The position numbers and the translations under genes are program-made. Shown piece after piece: positions 51,949 through 64,000 of a DNA stretch of 64,000 nt. Position 1 is the stretch's first letter. Each line of letters opens with the position of its first letter. Source of the stretch: Cycas panzhihuaensis (taxonomy: Eukaryota > Plantae > Cycadophyta); NCBI GenBank assembly GCA_023213395.1, contig CM041465.1, positions 102,121,741-102,185,740 on the forward strand. The letters are read 5' to 3'. Below the pieces are notes generated by a model, which was not told the origin of the DNA, searched no databases, and saw only the letters and a program-made list of their open reading frames with translations.

Positions 51949-53295
51949 GGAACACTCTAAAATCCCTAAATTTCTCTTGAAAATACTTTAAATTAACCTT
52001 TAAGTTATCTTTAATGGTGTCAAAAATTTCTCAATGTGGTCAATAGAAAATTTGGCAACACCTCATTACACACCTCTTTCTTATTTTTTCACAAAATAAT
52101 GGCCTTATTTATGAAAAAATGAGAGGAGGTCTTGGGCAAAACTGTGGATGGACAATCCATGGTTTTACAAAAAAACATAATTGAAAAGACTAAACAAACT
52201 AAAATCTAGGTGTGATCTAAAACTTTTTTATGCCATTGCTAAAAAATAATATGGTAAATTGTCAAAACCACGAGAAATAGGCCTAAAAATGTGATAAATT
52301 ATCAAAAAATATGAAAAATTGCCATGAAGAACACGATAAAATTATCGAAAAATGTGATTTAGTAGATAGGTTTATTATAGTTGTTATGAAAAGTGTGATA
52401 AAATAGTGAAAAATGCAACAAACATTTGAAAAACATGATTTATGTTTGAAAACCATGATTAAAGTCATATTTTTTTAGTGATTTCATATTTTTTGACATC
52501 ATAAAAAATATGACAAATAATAAAAAATGTGACCAATTCTGCAAAATAAAGTCTTCACAAAAATATTTTTAACTTTCTCATATAACATTAGAATTTAATG
52601 CCATTTGTTGCCTTAGAAAACTAATTCACAAGGTTTTGCAATGGTGAAAAGAAATCATACTTTAAAGACAATCAAATTTGGGGATTGTGGAGGAAATTAA
52701 GGTAAAAAATCATGAAGTAGAAGCTTTGTCTTCCACTAGCATATAGTTTGTAGAAACCTTCATAACTCTCTTATATAATATCATAATTTAGTATCATAAT
52801 GCTGCATTGGAAAGATAATTCAAAGTATTTTACAATGATGTCAATAAATTTCACTTTCTTAATATAATAAGATTATAAAAAAGAAAGAAATTTAAAACAT
52901 TAAAATGAGACTAAACATTGAAATGAGAATAGTTGTAGCAAACCCAATTATGTTTCATTAGAAAAAGGTTTGTGAGAACTAAGATAAGGCAAAATCATTG
53001 ATCGAGGTAGTAGCATAAAAACAATCAACGAGTTATGTGCATGGGAATCATAAAATCACAAAATAGAGATGGAGAAATCACTTGGATCAAATTTGGAATC
53101 ATTATGTAATTATTGTGCATAAAGATATGCATCATAGGCAAAATAAAGGGATCATACTTGCACACTAAAAACATCTAACAAAACAATATCAACATCTTAT
53201 AAATAATAAAAATTACATCATCATTAATTAACACTAAAAAATAGGGTAAGAAATCAAATATAGCCATGTCAAGAGGGCCAAAGTAAGGTAAAACA
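51949..53295 (-). repeat. E2 5' LTR, portion right of E3
   Basis: Colinear with ~19025-20333; ends GGTAAAACA. Confidence 0.9.
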
Positions 53296-53300
53296 ACTAA

Positions 53301-53505
53301 TCTTTATCTTATTCAAAGAATCAAGTAAATATTTATAATATACCTCACTTCATGTGGAAAACCTTTAAAGTCAACCTATTATGTTGTTACATATTCTAAG
53401 TGACACATATAATAAGGCAACTATAATATAAAATTTATAAATATTGAGAGAATATGAATGGGGGTTAGGATGACATATAATATACTTAGATGTTATTATT
53501 CAACA
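53301..53505 (-). repeat. E6 LTR, right portion
   Basis: Ends TTATTCAACA exactly where the E7 coding sequence breaks off. Confidence 0.6.
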
Positions 53506-54891
53506 TAAATTCCATCTTCTCCTATACTTATTGCTACCACCTTTTTATTCCTATTTCTAATTATACATTTGTTATGTTTGAAATAAACACTCATATTGTT
53601 CTTCCAATATGACTAATAGAGATTAAATTCTTTAGTCCATGTACATACAAAATGTGACTAATATAATTATTCTCACCACTCAAAGTAATTATGGGGACTT
53701 TGGTAACTCCTTTAGTCTTTAGTATAGTATCATCATCAAGTGTTACAAAGTGTCTTTTCACCCCCCAAATGTGCCTAAGCCATTCTAACTTACTCATCAT
53801 GTGCTTGGTTGCACCTTAATCAATACACCAAGTTTTATCAAATTATGTCTTAATTAATAAGTTGTGATGAAGAGTTATTTGTCCTTTTCATCTTTGTATA
53901 AAGAATGGCTAGAAAAAATGACTAAACTGCTACTTCTTATATTATTTCATTGTATCATATTATTTATGCTAATTATACTACAATTTTCTACAATTATATT
54001 TGAAATGTCTAGGCATACTATAATAATCATATATGTTTGATTTATCTAGTCCTTTAGAACCACCCTCCTGAACATTTAGTTCTTTGGAAGAATGAGTCAT
54101 GTAAGGATGCAAGTAAGCCCAATTATCTACTATCTTCTCTTTATTCAATATAAGCAAGGACTTTGACTATAGGGGAAAGACATAGGCTTAGTAGAGATCG
54201 AATAAATAATACCACAATCATAAGTGGGAGCAACATTCTTCTTCTTCTTTTGAAACAAAAGATTTCTTCCCCTTGAATTTTGTTGCATAATCACCAAATG
54301 TTTTACCTTTATTAATATCTTTTAATAATTATTCATGTTGTAGCATTAAATACTCAAGTTCATTAAAAGTGATTTTTCTAATTTTATGAGCTATTATTAG
54401 ACTAATAACAAAACTTTCATACGACTTGGACAAACTCTTTAGCATATAGATTATCAATTCTATATTAGTGATTATTTCACCTATTGTACCCAACTTTTTC
54501 TTTTTGGGCGTTACCTACTACATATGGTCTAAGAGGGCATTTGTCAATTTGAGGTTATATGACTAATTTTAGAGCATTAAAGCTCTCACATTATTCTTGT
54601 TTCCATATAAGGAAGTTATGGGTTTCTAGGCTTCTTTTGAAGTTGTGGCATCTTTGACATTCTTAATTAGGTTACCTTTAATTACTAAATTAATAAATGT
54701 TAGTGTGATTTTGTTATTATTATTAAACTCAACTAGTGCAACTACATTTGTAGTGTGCTTAATAGCTTTTTCCTTCAACATATGCCATTATTCAACATCA
54801 CTAGAGTTTTATTTTGATGTTTCCATGCACCATAATTTTCAACATCCACTAATTTTTCAGGAAGAGAATTTAAGAAATTGCCACTCAACAT
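53506..54891 (-). pseudogene. E7: copia gag-protease fragment, truncated by E6
   Basis: MLSGNFLNSLPEKLVDVENYGAWK (gag), WCID*GATKHMMSKLEW...LYVHGLKNLISISHI (protease). Confidence 0.8.
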
Positions 54892-56299
54892 CTTAAAAAA
54901 AAATAAAAACAAACACCATAAAACCATTCACAAAAGGATTTTAAACGATAACAACATACCAAAAAATAGCATTTTTTATTTATTAATATGTGTGTGTGTG
55001 TGTGTTTGTTTGTTTGTTTTTTTTTTTGTTAATATTTTTGTCTTTGGTCACATTGCAAGTATTGGGATAAACAAATAAACCTTGGTCATTATGCAGGATG
55101 CCAAAAAGTGCCATATGAGAAAATTCAATTGTAAATATGAAAATATTTTAAACAATAATAAAAACTATTATAGGGGTCTAGAAATTAACTTAGCATTTTA
55201 TTTTCCACGTGGCCTTAGACTAATGGCAAAGAGAGTTAAATGCTAGATTTCAAATGCTTTTAAAATCAAACTTTAGAAAATAAAATTATTTTTTACTTGT
55301 TCGAATTTTGGTCTGTGTGATTATTAGTTTAAAAATGACTTTGAATTTTTATCTAGCATTTGAAATTCTTTCCTAGTGCTTTGATTTAGGCTTATTCTCA
55401 ATGGAATCTATTTATGAGAACCATCATAGTCTCTCATATTTGCAATGCTCTGTCTTTGCATCTTAGCGTGTTTCGTATATGTGGGTATCTCATAGACTGG
55501 CATCCCTATTCTTCACATGCTTTCTATATGCATTAAATTATGGCATCTCTACCAATCACATAATCTCTATGGTCTTCTCAATATTTGATTAAGTACACTC
55601 TTTGGTTGTTATCAATCACAAAACAAGTTGAGTAATTCTCAACAATTGCTCTAAGAAATTAATGTCTTCTTTATGAGTTCTTAAAACTCTACAATATTTG
55701 GATTCTCCAATGTGTGTGTGTATCTATCTATCTATCTATTTATCTATATATAGATATATAGATGATTATTTTCTCACAACATTATTAGTTCTACACAAGC
55801 ACTTTAAAATTTTAAATTTTGACACCTTGGGGTATGTAAATTACTGGTTCCTTAAGGTTCTTCTTGTAATTTTTTGTTGCAATAAATTTGTTCAACTCCT
55901 ATTTGATTCTTGAATTTGAATATAGTTCTACAACCCTATATTAACTCAAGCTCCCCATCGAATTTTAGCTCCATGAAAGATTCAAATGTTCATAATATTT
56001 TTGCTCCATATATAAGAAACAAATGAGCTAAGAAAAAAATAGCATATATAAATTTACTAGTAGAATTAGTCTTAATAAAATTAGTCTATCTTCAATAATT
56101 TTATTCTTTTGAACTCAATTATATAATATAATGTGTAATATAAATATAAATATATGTTTGGACATGTAACCAACCATTGGACCAGTATTTGTCCTAACGT
56201 GTGTCACACATACACTAAGGACTTTGTAACTCCCTAGGACATATAACTCCCATTAATTGACCTATCAATAACTTGCCTAACTACTAGGATTCCCAACAT

Positions 56300-57900
56300 T
56301 AAGTTACAATTCTGGTAAACATTAATTTTAGTATGGATGTGGGTATTGCAGTTCCCAAATTGAGTTTGGGTATCAATTGTAAAATTTTTATACCATATTG
56401 AAGATTGCCTCATATTTATAACATAGGTTGGTATGGATTTATTACTAGAATTGTTAGAGTGTTTTCACTCTTATGAAATTTACACCTTTATCTTGTATTG
56501 GTTACTAGTCTTCATCACGATCCTCTGAACCAGACCACTAAGAAAAGATCATAGATTTATTTTATAATTTACTGGGGTAATCTCTAGTGAAATAACCCTA
56601 TAATTTACATTCAAAACATTGTATGGTAAGTCTTCCTAAGAGATCCCTTAGGTTTGGTATTTTTATTAATCCATTGCCTCCTCCAAATCCTTGTTTCATA
56701 GGTCTATTATGTTTTTTTTAGTTAAGAATATATCACAATCTAATTTTTATCATGCATAAATATTGAAGCCACATTCATTAGCATCATGGATGTTTATCTT
56801 GAATATGTAACAACACTTCATTGGTGGTACTTGGTGGTCTAGGCATTCTGTCTTTATATGACCTTCTAATTAATACTAAATACATCATATTTGATGTCAT
56901 CTCTTCATGTCTTTATAATGAACTATTATACAAAAACTTTGAGGTATTAATGAAGACTGCCTAAGTATGTGGTGGTCTTTAGTGTTTACTAACACCTCAA
57001 GGTTTTGGCGTAACAGTTCATTAAAAGTGGTATTAGAGCCAAGGTCATAGATTCGATTCTCAAAGGGGATGGCCTTGATAGAACATTGGAATAGTAGTAT
57101 TTACTTGTGGCCTAATAAAATACAAAATTATCGAGCATAGGTCACTAAGAGTTAGTCATTGAGATGTCAACACTTTGTGGGGAAGGTAATGTTACACACC
57201 TAGGTGCTCTTCACTAACACCTTAAGGTTTTGGTGTAATAGTTCGTTATAGTCTTCCATTATTTATAATATTAAATGATTCATTATTCATACCACATCCT
57301 CATAAAAGAAGTAGGTTTTCCCATTTCTTTCTAATTTGAGAATTTATTTAGCACCAAGCCTTCACCTTATCTTTTATCTCTAAGCTCATTACCTAATCTA
57401 TTACCTCTAAGTGAGATTGAGGTGGAATTATATATAGTTTTCTTCAATATTTTAAGAGGATACCTTTCAAAAACTATTATTTTATCAATTTATTAGTTAC
57501 CTTACTTTTGATTTTCTTTACTAATGCTTTCATCTTGGTGTTATAACTTCAAATAGTTTTCTTAGGTTTCCTCTTTAAATTATATATTTGGTTGATTGCC
57601 TTGTTATTATTATATAATATCCTTTTCTCTTTTTTTTTTTAAATATCTCTTGCAACATCTTTCAGCTCTTTAAATAACCATCCTTGCATTCTTTGTACCA
57701 ATCATTAGCCATATCAGATAATATGCTAGGGAATGACTTCAACCATTATGTCTTACGTAATTACCCGTTTACTATTAAAATTATTTCTTACACATTGTAA
57801 TAGCGTGTTAGATCTTTATCCACTCCTCCATTAAAGGTTGGCACTTCTTACTTATTGGTATCTAGTGCTGTTATTCCTATTATCGATCATGGTTATTATA
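56300..57900 (-). pseudogene. Ty3/gypsy gag remnant (Retrotrans_gag plus Zn knuckles)
   Basis: PTFNGGVDKDL...WLKSFPSILSDMANDWYKE; EGHIKTEC and HDANEC knuckles at ~56770-56890. Confidence 0.65.
56980..57250 (+). mobile_element. TRIM (terminal-repeat retrotransposon in miniature), ~271 bp
   Basis: Short direct repeats (ACTAACACCTYAAGGTTTTGGYGTAAYAGTTCRTTA) at 56980-57026 and 57190-57250; PBS TGGTATTAGAGC 57028-57039; PPT GGGGAAGG; TSD GTCTT at 56975-56979 and 57251-57255. Confidence 0.85.
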
Positions 57901-58863
57901 ACTAATTTTAATGGGACAAACTGCTCTTACTTCTTAGATCGACAATATTGCCAAATACTAACCTAACCTTTCTTACGATTAGGGTCTAATAAGAATAATA
58001 AGGGGAGAATTAGGCTTGTTTGTATATAGGCTATGATCATGATCAAGATTTAGGGTATCATAGATATATGTATTAGAATCACATACCAAGACTCATCATG
58101 ATGTAACCACATATATAAGAAAGAATACCATATACTACTATATAACTTATGAATTACCTATGTATAACACACTAATCAAAAATCGTGATTATCATTATAT
58201 TAAATATAATCCAATATTTAGTACAAAGGATGATGTTAGTTTTTTATATGATAATCTAAGATGAGCCCTAACCTCAAATTTAGTACCAAGATTTATAACT
58301 TGAACTTTGCACTAGACTCCTAATCCTGATTCATGATTTGATGTTCTCCTTTAATAGGCTAAAGGTTCTTTCAAATAATAACACATGCATATAAAAGAAA
58401 CTAAGAAATTTAGAGTTAAAATAAAGCTAATATTTATGAGAACATCTTCAATGAAAATTTTTTATTTTCTATTTTAAAAACATAAAACAATACCTATTTT
58501 ATAATTCAAAAATATACAAATTTGAGGCCTTTATCCATGCAAAAATTTTAACTACCATCTCCTAAAATTACACAACTAATTTGGAGGGAAAAATCTTCAA
58601 ATTCAAAAAATTTCTATTTTTGGCAAGTTCTTAGCTATTATTATTTTTTGTAAATTTTTAAGAGATTTCTAATTTACTCAAAATTTATCCCATGGGAAGT
58701 TAAATATATTTTTTTTTTGTTAAGGTAAAATGAATTAAAGTGGGTTTGAAAGCAGGATCCTACAACCTAGTACATTAATATCCCGAGAAATCCAATACAG
58801 AGCTATCCGTGACAGCCCCACGGAATAGGCAACAAATCCAAATTGCCGGGACAAGCCCCTCGG

Positions 58864-61800
58864 CTAGTTAATGCAGATCATATCCTTCTCTACCAGTCTC
58901 AAAAGGTCTCCAGGGAAATCGCAACTCCACACTTGCCCTCTCTTGTTTTTCACCCCCCAGTTTGCCAGGAAGTCGGCAGCTTTGTTTCCTTCTCTCAGGG
59001 TGTGCCTAATACAAACTTCGAGCAGACCCTGAATAGTATCTTTGGCATCATTGATGATAGCCTGGAATTTCCAGTTCGGACGGGCCACGCCTTTCAGCCA
59101 GTTCAAGACAACCTCTGAATCCCCCTCGATCACCAGTCTCTGTATACCCCCTCGGCGGGCAAGGTCTAGGGCTTTGATCATAGCATGCATTTCTGCGTAG
59201 TTATTTGTCTGGGAACCATAATAGTTCGCAAAGACCCAAATGAGGGCCCCATTCCAGTCCTGGGTCCCCCACCCCTGACTTCCCACAGGTTTCCTTTTCT
59301 TGCACCGCTAAAGTTAATTTTAAACCATGGCTCAATCGGAGGAATCCATCTAGTGCTACGGGGTCTAGACACTGTAAATTCTGGAACAATATCCCACTTG
59401 GAGAGTAACCTATTTTCTGACGGGGTTATACGTTTCTCTTTAGCTTTCCCAACACTCTCCTTGATGTCTGAGCAAACTCTGCTAAAGACTCCCATCTGAT
59501 CCAGGTCTTTCGCTTGGAAAGTTCTTCTGTTTCTCTCCTTCTAGATGTTCCAGGCCAAAATTGGGAGAGAATTTTTCTAGATGCGGGTAAGCGTAAGGCT
59601 TTTGAAGGGGCTTTGCCATGCTAGCCACAGATCGGAGATCTTAAGCGAGAATATCCAAGACACTTCCAATTTTCCGAGCAACAGCCCTTAGACTTCCCTT
59701 GTGAACTGACATTCCAGAAAGATGTGGTCGATGGATTCCTCCTCTTTACGACATAAGGCGCACCTATTCACCAAGGGGAACCCACGCCTCTTCAGGTAGT
59801 CTACTGTAAGGATCTTGTACCTGAGGCAGGTCCACCAAAAGAGAGCTATTTTTGGGATAATGGAAAGCCTCCAAACTCCTTCCAACATAGGGTTTTCCAA
59901 GTCCCCCCTAGTACGGCAAAGGAATTGGTAGCCCTGCTTAACCGTGTACTCCCCGGATGAGCTAGATGGCCACACCATCGAATCTTGCATGAGTTTTGGG
60001 GATATAACTCTTCTTTGAGGATCCTTTTGATCTTGATGAGTCCCTCCTGCAGATAGTCCATACCTTGAAATTCTTTAAAATTTCTCCAGGCCCTTGTGCC
60101 CCTACTCTCAAACCAATAGCCTTTGACCAACTTGCCAAAGAGCCTGACACAAGGCGCGATCAGAGGCGCTAGGTCCGGAAACCCCTTCAGGGCTTTATCG
60201 CAACACCACACATCATCCCAGAATCTAATGCGGTTACCATCGCCCAATCTCCATTTGAGCCCCTCCTTTATGGCGGCCCAAGCTTTCAGGATGCTTCTCC
60301 AGACAGCAGAGCCAGCCAGCGAAAAATTACATTCCAACAGCGACCCTTCCTGGATATATTTCCTAGAAAGAATCTTCTCCCAGGGTCTCTCCCCTCCTTT
60401 GAGCAGTCTCGGTAGAGCTTAGCCCCAAGGGCGGCATTAAATAGAGGGACCCTCCACAAATTTAGGCCACCAGCCCATTTTGGGGAACAGACTTTGCTCC
60501 AGCTCACCAAGTGAATCCTGTCTCTGCTTTCAGTTCCAGACCAGAGGAATCTTTTTTGGATAGATTCGATAGCGTCAGATATGCCTGGCGGGACCTTAAA
60601 GATGGACATCCAGAACATGGGGATGCTCTGAAGAGTGGAGGCAACAAGCTGGAGTTTGCCAGCTGAACTCAGCAGGGCGCCCTTCCAGCCCGCAAGCTTC
60701 CTTTGAATTCTATCTAAGAGGGGATTCCACATATGTTTGGACATCTTACCCACAAATAGGGGCAAACCTGTAATTTGTGGGAGTGTTTTATATCCATGCC
60801 TAGGGTTCTGATCCCGCCTTGGATACGACACAGGGTATTGAGGAAGAAGACACTACTCTTCTTAAGATTTATCTTCTGGTTCGAGGCCTTCTCAAATTGC
60901 CCCAGAATATCTTTAAAGCTAGCAACCTCTCTAACAGTCGCCTTCCCCAGTAGGATATTGTCGTCGACAAATTGATGGTGAACCACATTGTCCAACCCCG
61001 ACGTTGCTTTTATACCAGTAAGGGAGCCCAGTCTCCTGGCAGACTCCAAGGATCTGCCCAGCATCTCAGCCATCGTGATGAATAAAAAGGAGAGGGGGTC
61101 GCCTGCCTTAAGCCCCAAAGCCGGGAAGAATCTGAGCGGCGACCCGTTGATAATGATGAAATTGCGGCTTTCCAATGCACAAATTTACCCAAGTTCGCCA
61201 TAACTCCCCGAAGCCGAAGGCCTCCAAACAGTCCAGCAAACAATCCCAGGAGACCCTATCAAAGGCTTTCGTGAGATCGATTTTGATAAGCATCACTGGC
61301 TCCTTTCTTTCTACCGAAAGTGGATGGTTTCGTGGACAACAATATAACCGCTATAACTGCTCACCCCAAAGGAAGCCATCCTGGTTTTGGGAGATGATAT
61401 TTGGCATTATGTTTTTCAGCCGGTTAACCAGGACCTTGGTTAGAATCTTATATTTGACATTTCGAGTGATAGGACGGAACTCTTCCATCCTTTTCGCACC
61501 ATCTTTTTTTGGTATTAGGACGAGGAATGTAGCCTGCCATTCCTGAAGCATCTTTTTGTTTGTGCAGAACTCCTGCAAGGCCATCATTAAGTCTTCCTTC
61601 ATGATATCCCAATATTCTTGGAAGAAGCCCGGAGGGAAACCATCCGACCCTGGTGCTTTATCCTTCCTCATGCTGAAGAGGGCCGCCCTGACCTCTTCAA
61701 TGGTGAACGGGGCAGTTAGCGGGGCGTTTTGAATATCATTCACCAGTCTAGGAATGTTGTTCAGGAAGTCTTTTCTCATCCATATCCCTTTCTGGGAGCC

Positions 61801-63028
61801 GAAAATAGGTCCTTAAAGAAAGCCTTGGCGGATCCTTCATATCCTCCATAGAGCTAACGACAGATCCGTCTTCCTTCTGGAGGTAGGGGATTTTATTATT
61901 TGCTCTATGCTTCATACTGGTCATATGGAAGAATTTTGTGTTCCTATCCCCCTCTGCCAGCTAGAGAGCCCTGGATTTTTGCCTCCAGAGGATCTCTTCT
62001 CTAATGAGAATCTCCTCTAACTCCTCGACCAACACCTTTTCGGTCTTGTCAAGCTCTGGTGATCTGCTTGAGCTTTCGATCCTATCCCCTATAGACTTAA
62101 GATCATTTGTAATATTGTCTTTTCGCTTGTTGATATTTTGGAATACCTCTTTATTCCAATCCTTAATTTGTCTCTTAATCCAATCGAGTTTCTTCGAAAA
62201 TCTATACATGGCATGACCTTTAATCTGAATCTGCCACCATTCCTCTATCTTGATCCGAACATCGGGGTGCCGCATCCACATAAGCTCAAACCTGAAAGGA
62301 GAGCCCGTGTAATTTCCTGGAGCCGCAAATTGAAGCAAGAGAGGGGAGTGGTCCGAACTCAATCTTGGAAGCGCCTCCAAAGAAAGGTCACTAAAGATCC
62401 TTAGCCAGTCATAATTAACCAACACCCTGTCCAGCTTAATTTGGATAAGGTGGTTCCCCAACCTCTTGTTTGACCAGGTAAACGAAGCCCCCCTGAGCTT
62501 AACGTCCTCCAGGCCCCCCTGTTGGAGGAAATCGCCGAATTCGCCCATACTGCTAGTCCATCCACCAACGCCCCCTCTCTTGTCGCCCGGTGACAGGGCC
62601 AAATTGAAATCTCCCGCCAACAGCTAAGGTTGTTGGGAGCCCCTGTTAGCCTCCAGCAGCCTATCCCAGAGTTTCCTCCTAGCCTCCTGATTGTTTGGGG
62701 CGTAAACATTTGTTGCTATCCACAAAAGATTGTTGCTTCTGTTGGTTAACCGGATCGAAATAAAAGATCCTTCAGTAAGAACAAGTTCTCCCAACCAAAT
62801 CGATGGGTCCCAAAGTACCAATAGGCCCCCCACACCTTGAGCGTAATCAACCGCAATGCTTTCCGCCGAATTCCAAATTTTATTTATGGTCCTTTGGCCA
62901 TTTTCCTTGGTCATTTTAGTCTCCTGAAGGAATATAAGGTCCGGAAGGTATTTATTACGCATGTCCTTTAATATTCTCTGCTTTGAGGGGGCATTAAGGC
63001 CCCTAATATTCCAACATAACAGCTTCAT
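58864..63028 (-). pseudogene. LINE ORF2: AP endonuclease, RT, zf-RVT, RNase H (a few stops and frameshifts)
   Basis: WNIRGLN, LQETK, GDFN, LDRVL, SDHSP (EN); KAPGSDG, FRPI, KIDLTKAFDRVSW, HQFVDDNIL (RT); RCALC..EESIDHIFLEC (zf-RVT); TNNYAEM, IEGDS, LREGNKAADFLA (RNase H). Confidence 0.95.
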
Positions 63029-63067
63029 CTCTTTTTCCTTTGCTTCCAAACTTCTGCAGGCTCTCCT

Positions 63068-64000
63068 TTAGGAGGCTCCTTGCCCATGATCTTTGGATCT
63101 CAGGGTAGGCCCTTCCAAAAACGTCTCCTTTAAGGTTTTCTGGTTGCCTTGATCTACTTGGGAAGCCGTTTCTTTCTCCCTTAGGAGCTTTAGTGGCGGC
63201 CTTCCAACTTTTCTTTCGGTGCCCACGTCCGGGAGCTTTCTCAAGGCCGGTTGAGGAATTGGAGCTAGATCTGGCTCCCCTAAACCCCCCCTTGGGGGGG
63301 CTGGGTCTTCTTCCCCCTGCCCCTGGGGCAACAATTCGCTAGGAGCCATAGTAGCCTCCACAGCAGAGGCCAGGCCAAATCCTCCCTCATCTGTCTTAAC
63401 GCTCACCTGAAATAATTCAGGAAGGGAAGTTTGAGTCTTCGAAGTGATCCTACTCGGGGAGAGAGCCCCTAAGGTAACCTCGCCAACCTGGCCCCTCGGA
63501 GCCGCAGAAGTTTGCACCTCTAGCTCGCCTTCCTCGAAGAGCGTATCCTCTTCATTTGGGTCGAACCCCACATCCCCCATTTGAGTCACACCTGGTTCAG
63601 TGTGGCCTTCACAATCTGGAGCCGCCTTTTGAGTATCATCCTTCTCCTCCTGGGCCATTGGTTCTGGGGGGGTCTTATCGTTCACCACCGTAGAAGGTTG
63701 AATGCCTGGGCATTTATAGGGCAAGTGGCCCAGTAATCTGCAGGTGGAGCACCTTATGTGATCCATTTCATAAATCAATGGCTGCCTCCATGACCCTTCT
63801 GGCAGCACAAGCCGGATGTGATCCAAGAGGGGCTTGTCGAGCCGAGCTAAGGCACAAATCCTGGCGTTAATAAGCCTACTCCTGTTCTTGGTCGCGGAAT
63901 CAACAGCTAAAAGGGGACCCACCGCCTTAGCTATGCCCCTGAAAACTTCTGGGTTCCAATGATGCAAAGGGAGACCCGGGAGCTGGATCCAAAGGGGGGC
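63068..64000 (-). CDS. LINE ORF1, C-terminal part (DUF4283 region and CCHC Zn knuckle), open to the window edge
   Basis: WIQLPGLPLHHWNPEVF...ARIC...YE...RCSTCRLLGHLPYKCP. Confidence 0.9.
   Translation of the reverse strand, partial: APLWIQLPGLPLHHWNPEVFRGIAKAVGPLLAVDSATKNRSRLINARICALARLDKPLLDHIRLVLPEGSWRQPLIYEMDHIRCSTCRLLGHLPYKCPGIQPSTVVNDKTPPEPMAQEEKDDTQKAAPDCEGHTEPGVTQMGDVGFDPNEEDTLFEEGELEVQTSAAPRGQVGEVTLGALSPSRITSKTQTSLPELFQVSVKTDEGGFGLASAVEATMAPSELLPQGQGEEDPAPPRGGLGEPDLAPIPQPALRKLPDVGTERKVGRPPLKLLREKETASQVDQGNQKTLKETFLEGPTLRSKDHGQGAS

Larger units (their letters stand above)
16808..53295 (-). mobile_element. E2: full-length decayed Ty3/gypsy Tat-type LTR retrotransposon with nested insertions
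   Basis: ~3.5-kb LTR pair; TSD GCTAA (16803-16807) / ACTAA (53296-53300); PPT 20334-20345; degenerate PBS 37329-37346; GAG-PR-RT-RH-INT then aRH. Confidence 0.9.
58709..64000 (-). mobile_element. L1-clade LINE with RNase H; 5' end outside the window
   Basis: Poly(A) tail read as T10 at 58709-58718, ORF1 plus ORF2, abrupt rise in GC content. Confidence 0.95.

Noticed and set aside
55238-55366. Short inverted repeats (AAATGCTAGAT / ATCTAGCATTT) as a MITE
   Set aside because: Only 11 bp in AT-rich DNA and no TSD identified
58843-62404. Several plus-strand ORFs over the LINE
   Set aside because: Antisense shadow frames of GC-rich ORF2 with no recognisable motifs

Overview
Gene-free, AT-rich plant heterochromatin, most likely from a gymnosperm (inference), made almost entirely of decayed, nested retrotransposons. 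No host gene, RNA gene or CRISPR array is supported. Left part: the 3' half of a Tat/Ogre-type Ty3/gypsy element (E1, +, 1-~13860). It is interrupted in its integrase by a complete 5.2-kb Ty1/copia (CopA, 801-6023, TSD GTATT). Downstream of integrase it carries a stand-alone second RNase H and an antisense PMD-like ORF. Centre: a second Tat-type gypsy (E2, -, 16808-53295, ~3.5-kb LTRs, TSD GCTAA/ACTAA) with the same INT-then-RNase H layout. E2 contains a copia (E5, 28407-35886), an orphan LTR+PBS (36563-37004) and a non-autonomous copia derivative (E3, 39598-51948), which itself contains another copia (E4, 42738-50538). E2 sits inside the LTR of element E6, which interrupts copia E7. Right part: a gypsy gag remnant carrying a ~270-bp TRIM, then a younger, GC-rich, RNase H-encoding L1 LINE (-, 58709 to beyond 64000). 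All boundaries and alignments were read by eye, so expect errors of a few nt at junctions and tens of nt for decayed ORFs.
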